A stretch of DNA of 64,000 nucleotides from Octopus vulgaris (taxonomy: Eukaryota), in contig OX597817.1 of the NCBI GenBank assembly GCA_951406725.2, positions 95,914,001 to 95,978,000 of the forward strand. Direction: 5' to 3'. The notes beneath the pieces are model-generated. The model was not told where the DNA came from. It searched no databases and saw only the letters and a program-made list of their open reading frames with translations. The position numbers were made by a program, and so were the translations under genes. Positions 1-12,732 of this stretch are shown piece by piece. Numbering within the stretch: position 1 is the stretch's first letter; every line of letters starts with the position of its first letter.

Positions 1-44
1 TTGAGCCAAAAAACTAACTAACTAACTAACTAATGCAAACAGTT

Positions 45-467
45 TCTCACTGTGCGACAATGTGTATGCACAAAGAGTCGTAGTGCCAGCCGAACTACAA
101 AACGTTTATTAAAGAAATTTTATATTGGTCACCCTGGGATTTCGAGAATGAAATCACTCGGTGAAAATCCTGCAGAGGCTGCGCCCTTGCAGCCAAGTCA
201 CTACAGGTAAAATTCCAACCTAAAACCGAATGTCCGTGGACCAGGCTTCATATAGAGTGTGCTGCATCAGTAAATGGCACTTAGTACCTGATTGTAGCAG
301 AAAGTTATAAGTGGCCGGAAATATGTAGATGTGGGAAATCAATCTCTACGGTAACAATAGAATTTCTTCACAAACTCTTTACAAGATATGGTGTCCCGGA
401 CACTATAGTATCTGATAACGCTACGCAGTTTATGGCGTATGAGTTTTTAAATTTTTGCAAAATATGC
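45..467 (+). mobile_element. Ty3/Gypsy LTR retrotransposon integrase, N-terminal half (degenerate)
   Basis: Manual translation gives RVVVPAELQ..GHPGISRMKSL, PWTRLHI and LFTRYGVPDTIVSDNATQF..EFLNFCKIC, typical of the Gypsy integrase zinc-binding and core regions; stops and frameshifts present. Confidence 0.85.
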
Positions 468-1490
468 ATCTCTATCCCTTTTGTGCATTAGGTATTTGAT
501 TGATATTTCCTGTTCCTGGATAGCAAACGCATACCCTTCAAAGTGGGAGTAAGTAATCCGGTTATTGGTCAATGATAGTCTTCTTTGAGGATGAATGTTA
601 GTACTAACTTGGAGCGTTATACTAACACATCCATACATAGTCTTCTGCTCATATATGCTCATCCTTTCATCTGGTGATACGTTGCGGTGGAATTGTGAGA
701 CTTCTTTGGGCATGTATTTAAAGTTATCAGACAAGGAATGCTGCTTAAGGAGCGGCCTTCCAAGTCTTATGATGTTATCAGCCTCGTGTAAGCAAACGTT
801 GTCAAGGGATGCACTTCAACACATGGTGATTAAAAGATGTTGCCGATGGGATATGATATGACATTTAAAGTCCTTTTGAACTGATGTTAAGCCTCTGTAG
901 GCTCGTTTACGTTTTAGGTAGAGGCGATCTACGTCACTGTTGATGTGGAAATTATGTGTGCTGGTTAGTAACTTCCACGTTTTCCCATCAATGGATTGGA
1001 TTTCATCAAGCATCCAATCAAGCAGTCCAAGCGTTGGTACGAGTACTGGCACTGCAAACACATTGTGGGCCACTGTTCTATTGAATACCGAATCCTGAGG
1101 TCCAAATTTTCTTTATTCAGTTGTAATACTCTTTAGTGCCACGTGTTTTGTCACAGAGGCCATTGTAAGATGTTTTCATCCACCTCTAGATACCTGTAAC
1201 TTTCCTCATCAGATATAGGGGAAAGAGTCAAATCATTGATGGAGATGTTGCAAGTTTGGTATACAGTCTTCCCTCTTTTCACAACTATGTAACAACATTT
1301 ATCCTGACCAAACTCTAATACTACATCCTTTGAGAATGTTGTAACTAGGTGAAGGCTCTTTTTCATCGTGTGTATATTCTTTACATAAAGTTTCAAGTCA
1401 TCCACAAAAACAGTTTGTAATTTTGGTATTTGTTTCCTTGCGAAACAGTGAGATATCCGTCAGACTTCCTGAACATCAATGACAAAGGGG
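465..1490 (-). mobile_element. R4/Dong-type non-LTR retrotransposon fragment (family A), degenerate RT/thumb
   Basis: ORF pieces DDLKLYVK, FGQDKC, YRYL, AHNVFAVPVLVPT, HINSDVDRLYLKR; homologous to 4645-6500 in the opposite orientation. Confidence 0.85.
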
Positions 1491-1543
1491 GTATGTATGT
1501 ATGCATGTCTATCTATTTATCTGTCAATCTCTCTCTCTGTCTC

Positions 1544-1639
<96 letters not shown>

Positions 1640-1670
1640 TAAATGTACATATGTATATATATATATGTGT
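1491..1670. repeat. Compound microsatellite (TCTG)n(TC)n(TA)n
   Basis: Seen directly. Confidence 0.95.
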
Positions 1671-1755
1671 GAGTAATACAGTTCTATATTTAAGAGATGA
1701 GGAATTATGTACATTATTTACTTTTGCCGGATATTTCTCATCTTCTTTGTTGTTA

Positions 1756-1800
1756 GCACAACGTTTCGGCTGATATACCCTCCAGCCTTTATCAGGTGTT
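1756..1800 (-). ncRNA. Minimal type I hammerhead ribozyme motif (one core mutation), within repeat 1676-1862
   Basis: Reverse complement ACAC-CTGATAA-A-GGCTG..CAGCC-GAAAC-GTT-GTG; paralog at 63202-63247; the two-copy consensus restores CTGATGA...GAAA. Confidence 0.7.
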
Positions 1801-1863
1801 TTGGGAAAATTTCGAACCTGGGTTCTCATTCCTAAGGTATTTTTCGATATTATTATTATTATT

Positions 1864-2030
1864 GAGTGAGAGAGTAGTGCATGCCATCAAAGTGACACTG
1901 GGGAAAAATATACGAAGCCCAGTATACCCATCATGACTACCCGCCTGATAAGGGTACACTAGGCACATGCATCACAACCATATGTGCGCGACATAGTGAT
2001 CTCATATCAAGATAAACAGCACATGACCTT
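1864..2030 (-). mobile_element. 3' part of the ~540-bp (AAT)n-associated non-coding element
   Basis: Reverse complement of about 43783-43949; fused at 2031 to a Dong C-terminal fragment. Confidence 0.85.
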
Positions 2031-2110
2031 AAATCAGCAAAATGTGGAACCTGAAGACTAAAACAATACCTGTTGTCATAGGTGCCCTGGGAATGATAGC
2101 GAAAGGGACT
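2031..2110 (+). mobile_element. Dong family C C-terminal fragment
   Basis: ISKMWNLKTKTIPVVIGALGMIAKG, near identical to 18748-18828. Confidence 0.85.
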
Positions 2111-2480
2111 AATACGAAAAAACCCTCCAGGCTACATCCCGAAAATTCATTTCGTTGCCGAATTTCTACAATGTTTACGGCGATTCGTTTTTATATCTTG
2201 AATTCTTATTTTTCATGCAATTTACGCATGCTTGCACGCGTGGTGAACACAGTTCACGTCAAACAGGTGACTGAGTAAAGTTCACTATTCAATGCATGGG
2301 ATAAGGCCTAAACAAACATATTATCGATTTTTCCACTTGCGAGATGAATTTCGGAACAGAAATAGCGCAGTTCAATTTTCATTCGCCTAAACTTTAAGTG
2401 ACCCATTTTTGGAGGTTCTACGCTTTGTTGGCTAGGAGGAGATGTGCCGGGAAGTTAAACACACAGACACACAAGTTGAG

Positions 2481-2563
<83 letters not shown>

Positions 2564-2639
2564 TAAGGACCGAAATCCTTCAAAGGGATGTTAAACATCC
2601 AAATTCACCGGTTCTAAGAATATATATAAATCTATATAT

Positions 2640-3380
2640 TCAATATCGGTACAATAAATAAAGTATAATAAGGAAAGGAAAAATAGAAGTGTAGACATTA
2701 CTTTATTCCAAGTTGGTACATATATGAGATTATTAGTCGTACTATGATTAATGACACGCTTTAAAGTAGCATTAAGAAAATACTTCCTTTTCTCACTCTA
2801 AGCACTCCCATTACTTAATTAAGGAAAATATTTATTTCATTCCTATAAAATTCATAAATCAACTAAGTCTGTCACTTAAGTCTTCTCGGAAGAGAATTCA
2901 CATATATAGCTAAGGTACACAGAGTTGGTAATAGTGACCTAGCGTTATCTGTAATTTGATATACTATTCTCAGTACTAATTTTACTCATTACCTTGGTTT
3001 CTCTTTTTCCTATATTTTATCCTCGTCATCGAATCGTTTTGAGCTCTTGTTTCCCATATATACGCATTTGCTTGTCGTATTTACAGGTCTTATTTTACAG
3101 TTTTAGTTTTATGCCTTTTTTTTGCGTGATTTTATTATTTTTTTTCTACTTTTGTATTTATTATTTATTTACGTTTTTTACCTACATATTTTTGTGGTTT
3201 CTTCTTGCCCATGTGATGAAACAGTTTTTATGTTCTGTAATTACTTCTGCTTTATTGCCGCATGATTCTTTGCTATATAATAGTTGTACTTTTAAATCAG
3301 CTTAATATTTCCGTATTTTTCACCTTATGAATATGGTTTGCAAAAGATTATTGAAACGTGCATAAGGAAATTTTCGAAAG
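2640..3380 (-). mobile_element. Possible highly degenerate Penelope-like fragment
   Basis: Weak residual resemblance in minus-strand translation (IVYQI, LRVR..E); many stops. Confidence 0.3.
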
Positions 3381-3385
3381 AAATA

Positions 3386-3533
3386 GGCGTAGAAGTGGCT
3401 TACGAACCACATGGTTCCGAGTTCAGTCCCACTGCGTGGCACTTTGGGCAAGTGTCTTCTACTATAACCTCGCGCCGACCAAAGCCTTGTGAGTGGATTT
3501 GGTAGACGGAAACTGAAAGAAGCCCGTCGTATA

Positions 3534-3600
<67 letters not shown>

Positions 3601-3815
3601 ATGTTTGTTTGTGTATCTGTGTTTGTCCCCCAACATCGCTTGACAACCGATGCTGGTGTGTTTACGTCCCTGTAACTTAGCGGTTCGGCAAAAGAGACCG
3701 ATAGAATAAGTACTAGGCTTACAAAGAGTAAGTCCTGGGGTTGATCTGCTCGACTAAAGGCGGTGCTTCAGCATGGCCGCAGTCAAATGACTGAAACAAA
3801 TAAAAGAGTAAAAGA
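3386..3815 (+). mobile_element. tRNA-derived CORE-type SINE with internal (TA)n(TG)n
   Basis: B-box-like GAGTTCAGTCCC and CORE-like GGCACTTTGGGCAAGTGTCTT; copies at 29941, 32135, 59950. Confidence 0.85.
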
Positions 3816-3971
3816 GTAACTTATCTCCTGTGTTTATATAGAGAGCGTTAAGCAGCAAATGTTGGTCGATTAGTTCAACTAAATCTTTAAGGTAGTGCGC
3901 AGCATGACCGCAACACAATGACTGAAACAAGTAAACGATAAAAGATAGATGTATACATACACACACACATA

Positions 3972-4443
3972 TTCTCTAGTATGAAGACGTGTCAGGGGCT
4001 GAAGTTCATTGCAGGCTTTCAATTCGTGAGCTGCACTCAAGCGCGTTGAAGTGTCTATGAGTGGAAAACATGAAAGACTCAAGATTTCCCAGAAAAAGTA
4101 TTTTTTTTGGTGATGTGTTTATTTGTTGATGCAAAATTATTGCTAGCATTACAATAACTCTGATTCCTGTTTATATATAAAGAAACCAATGAGAAAAGTC
4201 CTCAATATTTCCTGAAAGGAGTGAATGTATTTGTATGTTATCTTTCACAAAACCTGGAGGATACTTCAGCTCGTTTAATAACAGGATAATAGGTTTCAGA
4301 TTGCTAGGCATGCACTTGTTGATTCTAACATCCGAGATATGGTGGAATTTTATTGAAATAACACTCCCAAATATTATCTAGTTTATTATAAAGGATGTTC
4401 ATGAAATTATAAGCAAATTAAATACGTCGCTTCAATTATTTAC
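3972..4443 (+). repeat. Paralogous block: mariner relic joined to a non-TE segment (copy of 30819-30950 plus 31692-32022)
   Basis: Direct alignment by eye with high identity; more diverged inverted homolog at 48295-48600. Confidence 0.85.
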
Positions 4444-4644
4444 TATTACGTCGCCTGACCTGGGACATTTAGTTTTCTTTAACACTCAGCATCGTTTGGA
4501 GAGCTTTTCCCGTGACACTACCCCGCAGCTAAGTGACGTATAAAGAAAACACATACACTCTGTATGTGCGACCGATAAAGTTTGCATCATTAGACCTGCT
4601 TTTAAATTGAAATTTCGTACACACAATCACACACACACACTAGT

Positions 4645-6500
4645 TAGCTCTGGCAGAGATAAAACCGATCCATAAACACAGAACCACCCACATGATAAAA
4701 GCTACCGGCAGATTGCATGCCAATGCTTCATGTATAAAATATATACATGTTTAAACCTCTTCCCAACAGAACAAGCTGCTGGGAAGAAGGGGGTCTGGTA
4801 ATGTGCCGAGAAATTGTTAATAAACAAAGTTGGGATGTCAGATCGCATAGAAAGAACTTAGTTTCAATATGGCTGGACTACAAGAAAGCCTTTGACTGGA
4901 TGCCAGAAGCCTTTTGACATGATAAAGCTCTGATAAATACAGTCAAAAGTCATGGCTGACCTAGACGTTATCGTGGGCCACCATCTTCAAATTAAGTACA
5001 AGGAGTGATTGTATTATCACTGATAGAATACAGTATCGTAGAGGCATATTTCAAGGAGATAGATTCTCTCTGATGTTGTTTATAGTTTCTGAAAATCCCT
5101 TGTCATTCATGTTAAGAAAATCTGACGGATATCTCACTGATTCACAAGGGAGTAGAACTATCAAAATTACATACTGTTTCTTTGTAGATGACTTGAAAGT
5201 ATATGCCAAGAATTTACACATGATAAAAAAGAGCCTTGACCTGGTTGCAACATTCACAAAAGAAATAGAGTTGGAGTTTGTGACTATATGGTTGTTAAAT
5301 GTGACTATATTGTTGTTAAAAATGGGGAAAACTATAAACCAGTCAAGCGTCATCTCCATCAATGATTTAACTTTTTCCTCTGTCTGATGAAAGATGTTAC
5401 AGGTATCTAAGGGTGGATGAAAACATATCTTGCAATGTTACCTGTAACAAAACGTGACACTAAAGAATATTACAGTCGAATAAAGAAAATTTAGACCTCA
5501 AAACTTTCTGCAGTCAATAAAACAATTGCCCACAATGTGTTTGTAGTGCCAGTACTCGTACCAACGTTTGGACTGCTTGATTGGACGCTTGATGAGTTTC
5601 GAGCCACTGATGTGAAAACGTGGAAGTTACTAACCAGCACACATAATTTTCACATCAACAGTGACATAGACCGCCTCTACTTAAAACGAAAGCAAGGCGG
5701 CAGAAACTTTATATCGATCCACACTGCCTTTGAATGTCATGTCACAGCCCTTCGGCAACATATTTTAAACACTAAGTGTCGAAGTGCAAGCCTTGACCAA
5801 GTTTGCATACACGAGGCTGATAACATCATAAGACTTAGAAGGCAGTTCCTTGAGCAGTTCCTTTAAATATATGCTTAAAGAAGTCGCACGACTCATACGC
5901 AACGTAACATCAGATGAAAGGATGAAGACCATGTATGGATACGTTAGTACGAAGCTCCGGGATGGTGGTAACATTGAACGTCAAAGCAGTATATCATGGA
6001 TCAACAGCCGAATTACTAACTCTCACTTTGAAATGTATGCGCTTGCAATCGAGAAAAAGAAAATATCAACCAAATACCTGATACACAAAAGGGACAGAGA
6101 CGCAGGAAATGCAACAAACCTTGTGGAGTAAATACCAAAAATATCACCCACATCATACGCAATTGTCCGGATGGATTGGTACAACCGTTACATCATTGAC
6201 CATATTGTCATTTAATAAAAAATATTTTACGTTCTGTATAATGAGATCCGTCGAATACTGGTAGAATGTCCCAATGAAAACCATAATAAAATCTAAGCAC
6301 AAATTACCTGATATAATGATTTGGGATAGAGAAGAGAAACTGTAGAAGTCAGCTGCCCAACGGATGTTAACATAAAGCTAACACTCAGCGAAAAAGAAAA
6401 TACCTACGCTGACCTATTGAAAAATCTACAATTACTCTATCCAGATTGCAAGTTCAGATTTATACCTGTAATTATTGAGGCACTTGGATATGTAACATAT
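4645..6500 (+). mobile_element. R4/Dong-type retrotransposon (family A), degenerate RT + CCHC + RLE
   Basis: AGLQESL/DYKKAFD region, RGIFQGD, FVDDLKVYAK, HINSDIDRLYLKRKQGGR, FIPVIIEALG. Confidence 0.88.
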
Positions 6501-6516
6501 ATATAAATATATATAA

Positions 6517-6780
6517 GAACTTTTTGCGTTCATATTAACCGCCGAAACCAACTTCACGTACGACACCAAATACTGTGTGAGCTGTTCGACATGAATTTTG
6601 CCTGGCAACATCTCACACATCGACCGCATGGCACTACATGAAAAGCCTCTCACGTCGACTTGCATCACGTGGGCAATACTAATCTTTATACTTCGCCCTC
6701 ACCGTAAAAGCGCGCCAAAATCACACCGCCTACTCTTTAAACAGTCACATGAACACAAATAATTATCTTTTCGTCTTTGC
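6517..6780 (-). mobile_element. Possible mariner 5' relic
   Basis: Resembles a mariner leader ending in MNAK; weak. Confidence 0.3.
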
Positions 6781-6894
6781 TTGTAAAACCAGAGAACGGT
6801 GTTCTAATTCACTTCGTACGAATGAAAAGTTATTTGAATATAATTTTTTTCGTTCGTAACAGTACATACGTATACATATATACATACAACTACA

Positions 6895-6896
6895 CG

Positions 6897-6967
<71 letters not shown>

Positions 6968-8650
6968 GTTTTTTTGTTGTTTCTTTTATTATTTTATTGT
7001 TTTTATAAATTATTGTCCTTATACACAAACACATACACACACATACTCACGTATCCACGAACACACACATACCTCCTACACACCACACACATACAACATA
7101 CATGCACATATACGCACACATATTTCCACACACATACACACACGCATACATACACAAATACACACACCCACACGCGCACACACACATATGCCCGTGCACA
7201 CACATACGTACACAAACGTACACACACGCACAAGAATGCACATAAACCTATCCCATCCAGCACGCACAGACACACATACCTTTAGACACACACAAAAACG
7301 TACACATAGACACATACACGCACATACTCAAGCACACGCGCGTACACACAATAAAATGAACACAACCTGACACACATCTCCACGGTCACACACACGCACA
7401 TACACATACACGCACGTACATACGCACACAATACATGCACACACACACATACACACGTACATACACCAGCACAGATGCCCCCATATACCTCCAACAAACA
7501 ATACTCATACAGATACGCACACACTTATACACACATGGGCACAGACACACACGCACATACACGCACGCAAGCGCACACACGCACACAAGCACACGCACGC
7601 ATATTACGACCACACAACTCCCCCCCCCCACACACACACGCATACACAAATTCGCATACACACCGATACATATACATACACACAATATATGCCTACACGC
7701 GCACACACACATACACATACGTATACACATATATATTTCTTTACTACCCACAAGGGGCTAAACATAGAGGGGACAAACAAGGACAGACGAAGGGATTGAG
7801 TCGCTTATATCGCCCCCAGTGCGAAACTGGTACTTTATTTATCGACCCCGAAAGGATGAAAGGCAAAGTTGACCTCGGCGGAATTTGAACTCAGAACGTA
7901 ACGACAGACGAAATACCGCTAAGCATTTCGTCCGGCGCGCTAACGTGTCTGCCATATAGACACAGACACACACACACACGCACACAAAAACATGCGCACA
8001 CATACGCACGCACACACGCACACGAATGCACACACCCAAAACTCACAACCCCACGGATACACGTATATACACCCATATACGCTTACACACACACATACAA
8101 ACGCACACGTACACGCACACACAACTACACGCACATACGACACGCACGCATATACATACACACACACACAAATGAACCCACATATACATCCCATACACAC
8201 GGCACAATTATACATACATGTATACACACATACGCACGTACAAGCACACACGCACACATACACTAAGTAAAACACAGTTATTCGTTACACACCCAAACTC
8301 TACGCATACACACACGAACACACACATACATACACACACACACTACAAACAAAACACACACATACATACACACACACACTACAAACAAAACACACACACG
8401 ATATATATACATACACGCACACACATACTCCAAACTAGCAATACCTACTACTTGACCTGTGGTAGAGACAAAAGCCGCCACTCCCAATTCCTTCTTCCTC
8501 CTTCCTTCTTCCTCAACCTTAACACTACTAGCCCTACAACACGCATTGATTAACAGCCACAACCACACACACATACACACTCACACGTGTCATCATTGCA
8601 CACATACACACAAACACACACACGCAGACCACCGCGCTCGCACATATCCA
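6895..8650. repeat. (TATC)n followed by a ~1.6-kb cryptically simple CA-rich tract
   Basis: Seen directly; explains the H/T- and V/C-rich spurious ORFs. Confidence 0.95.
7735..7952 (-). mobile_element. tRNA-derived SINE with Meta-like central domain
   Basis: Reverse complement has B box GAGTTCAAATTCC and GCCTTTCATCCTTTCGGGGTCGATAAA..GTACC; several copies in the window. Confidence 0.85.
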
Positions 8651-8754
8651 CTCTTACACGCACATTCCTCCTCCTCTACCACTCTCCTGTCTTTGAAAGA
8701 ACCACTCTCCTGTCTTTGAAAAAAACCTTTCTTCATCCATTTCCTTCCGGTCTT

Positions 8755-8960
8755 TCAAAATGTGACCGCATGTGTACCGTTGGCGATTTTTTTCCCTGCC
8801 TTCCCTTCTCTGGATCTTTCCTTCTCCTATGTTTACGACGAAGAGCTCCGCTCGAAACGTTAAACCCTCCTTCTTTCCTTCTTTCCTGAGCGTCCAATAA
8901 TACTATATTTGTTTCACGTCCTCGAGTTGTTGTGTTTCTTTTGTGCTTTCTTGTTTGGAT

Positions 8961-8965
<5 letters not shown>
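8755..8965 (+). mobile_element. ~210-bp hammerhead-containing repeat (pseudo-LTR/retrozyme-like); motif at 8831-8865
   Basis: GTTT-ACGACGA-A-GAGC-TCC-GCTC-GAAAC-GTT-AAAC; second copy at 30372-30587; ends in (TA)n. Confidence 0.75.
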
Positions 8966-8996
<31 letters not shown>

Positions 8997-9564
8997 TACA
9001 CACACACACCAATGGATGCCACCAACAGTAAACAACATGAAATACGAAAAACAAATGAGTCCAATACGAAAGCAACGAGAGGAACACATGGAAAACAGGT
9101 TAAGTAACATAAAGAACGAGCCTTCATCAGTTGTTGACTGTCTATCTACTCCTCATGTCGAGCATTGAACGACAATATGAGTCTTCGAAGACAGTTTCTT
9201 CCAAAAATACCAAAATAAAATTTGGGATTTATGGATGGTCAAATCTGGGTACAAAAACAGGACAGTGGAGACATACAAGGAAACCGTACGAAAACAAACA
9301 TGGAGGGTCGTTAGACCAGAACGAGGATAAAATAGCGAACGCTGGAGAAATATTTTCTTTGACAAGAGAAAGGTTATAAGAGAAAGATAGGAGACGTTCA
9401 ATCCTTAGGATAGCCCTAGAGAGGAAGACAGATAGAAAAAGGCTGTCCTAGGACTGTAATTGGTAATCTCTCTATCACTGCACTTGGCAAATAACAAGTT
9501 TATATTGGTGCGTACTCTTCCTCATTTAACCTTTGCTGGAAGGTTGAATGAAGAAGAGTACGCA

Positions 9565-9760
9565 ATGGCCCAGTGATTAGGGCAGCAGACTCGCGGTCGT
9601 GGGATCGCGGTTTCGACTCCCAGACCGGTCATTGTGAGTGTTTATTGAGCGAAAATACCTAAAGCTCTACGAAGCTCCGGCAGGGAGGGGGTGGTGAACC
9701 CTACTGTACTCTTTCACCACAACTTTCACTTTTTCTTCTTGCTTATGTTGTACCTGTATT
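9565..9760 (+). mobile_element. tRNA(Arg)-like SINE, third family
   Basis: TGGCCCAGTGATTAGGGCA A box, TCG anticodon-like loop, GGTTTCGACTCCC B box. Confidence 0.65.
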
Positions 9761-9764
9761 TCTC

Positions 9765-10641
9765 GACATTTCACTCAGCATTCATTCCACTCTCACCATC
9801 TTCATCCACTACAAACACACAGACTGACACTCATACCTCAACTTCTCCTCCTCCCACCCTAAACAGACCAAACTCTCCATCCCTATTCTTAATTCGTCCG
9901 TTTACGCAGGCTCTGCTGTGACAACCATGACTTTGAGATTCAGTCTCAACTCAAGGCTCGCCACTTCATCCTACGTGGATATCCCTTCACCACTATCCAC
10001 ACCGCCCTTGCTAAAGTACATCCCGCACCCGCCCCGCCCCACCGTCACCCATCTTCCGTTTCCTCTCACCTACCACCCCACCACCCTACATCTCCAACGC
10101 ATCACTCCTTTCAGCGACTCCAGTCAGACCCCACCACTTCACACATCTTCCCTAACCGACCTTTCCCTTCCTTCAAACAAGCCCACAACTTACGAGACCT
10201 CTTGGTCCACAGCTTCTTCTGTAACCCAACCTCTCAATGCGGTTCGTTCCACTGAGCCAGCCCACGCTGCCACACTTGCCTTAGCCTCTCCAACACCACA
10301 TTCCTCACAGGCCCCCATCATCGACCCTATCACTACACTGACTCCTTCACCTGCACTTCTCGCAACGTCATCTACTGCATCTCCTGCTCTCTCTGTCCTT
10401 CTCTATACATCGGTCAAACGGGACACCACTTGGCTGACCGGTTCACGGAACACCTCAGAGACACTCGAGTCGGCAATGACACCTCGGTCTCGTGCCATTT
10501 CCGCTCTACTGAACCTGTCTGTGTTCAGATTGTCCTTTCGCAGGGGCCATCTGAACTACCGTCTTCGCCGTGAGCAGGGATTAATCTTCTCTCTTCGCTC
10601 CTTTGTGCCATATGGGCTCAACTTTCCTACCCTCTTCATCT
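9765..10641 (+). mobile_element. Penelope-like element 3' portion (RT thumb, linker, GIY-YIG endonuclease)
   Basis: Frameshifted translation FPLTYHP, FTCTSRNVIYCISCSLCPSLYIGQTG..LADRFTEHLRD, RLRREQGLIFSL..P.GLN. Confidence 0.88.
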
Positions 10642-10892
10642 AATCCTTCTCCTCTCTACTCTCTTCCTCTCACACCTACTTCCTCTCACCCTCTCTTGCT
10701 CTGGCACCTACTTCCTCTCTTTATTCCTACCCTTTTCTCCCTCCCACTCTCTCCCTTCATCGTCACCCCTCCCTCGTTTCCCCAGCCCTACACATTCCTA
10801 CCCAACCATCCATATACATCCCATCCCAACCCCACCCCATCCCTTAGACCCACCCTTGCTTCCGCCACTCTCGCCTCTCACACACCCCAACA

Positions 10893-11123
10893 CCTATTTC
10901 TTTACTACCCACAAGGGGCTAAACACAGAGGGGACAAACAAGGATAGACAAACGGATTAAGTCGATTACATCGACCCCAGTGCGTAACTGGTACTTAATT
11001 CATCGACCCCGAAAGGATGAAAGGCAAAGTTGACCTCGGCGGAATTTGAACTCAGAACGTAACGGCAGACGAAATACGGCCACGCATTTCGCCCGGCGTG
11101 CTAACGTTTCAGCCAGCTCGCCA
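10893..11123 (-). mobile_element. Meta-like tRNA SINE, full length
   Basis: Head GGCGAGCTGGC.GAAACGTTAGC, B box, central domain, tail GCCCCTTGTGGGTAGTAAAGAAATAG. Confidence 0.88.
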
Positions 11124-11444
11124 CCACACCACACACCACCACACCACCACACCACACACACCACACCACACACACCACACCCACCATACCACATCACACC
11201 ACTCCGCACACACTAGCACTGACCAATTCCCAGCACCCACACCATCAACCACACACCTACATATGCACATACGCACACGTCAATGTCACCAGCCCCCTTT
11301 CACACGCACATACACGCTCTCACATACATACGCACGTTCACCTCTGTTTTGGGATCACCACTATTTATTATCTCCCTTCTTCCTAGCTCTCCTGTGTGAT
11401 CCCTCTGTCCGGCATTTGCCATGATGGATCGCTAGCCACTGTTC

Positions 11445-11480
11445 CTTTCTGTCGAACAGCGTAGGCTCGAAACGTAAAAG
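11445..11480 (+). ncRNA. Minimal hammerhead-like motif downstream of the Penelope element (variant core)
   Basis: CTTT-CTGTCGA-A-CAGC-GTAG-GCTC-GAAAC-GTA-AAAG; stem I CTTT/AAAG; GUA cleavage triplet. Confidence 0.65.
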
Positions 11481-11661
11481 ACTTTCACACTTCCCGAGCA
11501 CTAGACTAATACACCTGTTTGTTGTTTACACACCCGTCTTCGTCTTTTGTTTTCTTGTAAATTCTCACTATATATAAAATAACTGTCTTGAATGGCACAA
11601 CGATGCACTATAATAACAACAATGGACTATAATAACTGTTATAATTTAATTATCCTAGTCT

Positions 11662-11708
11662 GATATAATAATAATATTTAGGAATACAAAATTCCTTCTT
11701 CAGATATC
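11662..11708 (-). ncRNA. Hammerhead ribozyme motif in the inverted pseudo-LTR
   Basis: Reverse complement GATAT-CTGAAGA-A-GGAAT-TTTGT-ATTCC-TAAA-TA-TTAT-TA-TT-ATATC (G12 mutated). Confidence 0.7.
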
Positions 11709-12684
11709 GCTAGGAATTGTTTGAGCCACTGCTACATTCGTTTTTCCAACGGTTACTGAAATTGTTTTACCGAAAGCGTCTCTGCATTGTTCTCACGAAG
11801 CGTCTTCCGGAATTTCTCATGAGAAGTGCGCGAGGGTGACCATGTCTCAAGCTCGTGTGTGTTGGCAAATCCGCAGCGCTGCTTCTAAGTTATGTATTAT
11901 ACGTGCAGTTTCTTTTTTTCTTTTTCTTTTTCTTTAAATAATGCATGCTTCCTTAAAATGCCCCATTTTAACGAGAGGATAACTACAGCCATCCGAAGAG
12001 CCATAAGAAGAGAAGGGCTAGACATACAACTAGCCCACACCGGCCCCTCTCTGAGAAGAAATCTAGCAAAGAAACGAGCAAGGGACAGCAATCAATGCAC
12101 ACTAGCAAACTGCCAAATCCGTGACACAGATTTATGCCAACGGGTAAATATTGTGTATAGAATACTATATAACAAATGTAACAAGTTCTATGTGCGAGAC
12201 TGTTACACATTCGCATCAAAGAACATCTGAATACGAGAGCCTCCTGCTTCAGAAAACATTTAGGCAGATGCCGGAACACCGACGAAAGCATAACAGTCAC
12301 AACTGAGGCCAATGAAAGAAATTTGGGTAATCTAAGAATTAAGAAAGCTATCCTCACGGACAGACTAGTGCCCCAAATTAACAGCAGGCAAGAGGTTGGC
12401 AATCAATATATTATTTAGCTATGTCTGGATGCGTGTAGGTTCATTTGTGATAACATGCTCATGTATTATTTAAAAAAAGAGACGGCACGTATAATACATA
12501 ACTTAGAAGTAACGCTACGGATGTGCCAACACATACGAGCATGAGACATGGCCGCCCTCACGCACTTCTCATAAGGAATTCCGGTAGGAGCTTCGTGAGA
12601 CCACTGCAGAGACGCTTCTGGGGGAAAACATTTTTCAGTGACTGTTGAAAACCGATTATAGCAATGACTCGAACAATTCCTAGC

Positions 12685-12732
12685 TATATCGGAAGAAGGA
12701 ATTTTTGTATTCCGAAATATTATTATTATATC
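12685..12732 (+). ncRNA. Hammerhead ribozyme motif in the direct pseudo-LTR
   Basis: TATAT-CGGAAGA-A-GGAAT..ATTCC-GAAA-TA-TTAT-TA-TT-ATATC; consensus with 11662-11708 is canonical. Confidence 0.7.

Noticed and set aside
2565-2620. Further hammerhead-like traces here and at about 9119-9134, 30705-30740 and 46370-46420
   Set aside because: Only partial cores or hairpins; too decayed to call
2994-3305. Hydrophobic 103-aa ORF as a membrane protein or receptor paralog
   Set aside because: T-rich antisense of A-rich decayed sequence; no receptor motifs recognised
6777-8720. Many His/Thr- or Val/Cys-rich ORFs
   Set aside because: Translations of CA/TG simple sequence with no coding signature
9918-10643. 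241-aa Ser/Thr/Pro-rich ORF
   Set aside because: Mostly an off-frame reading of the Penelope GIY-YIG region
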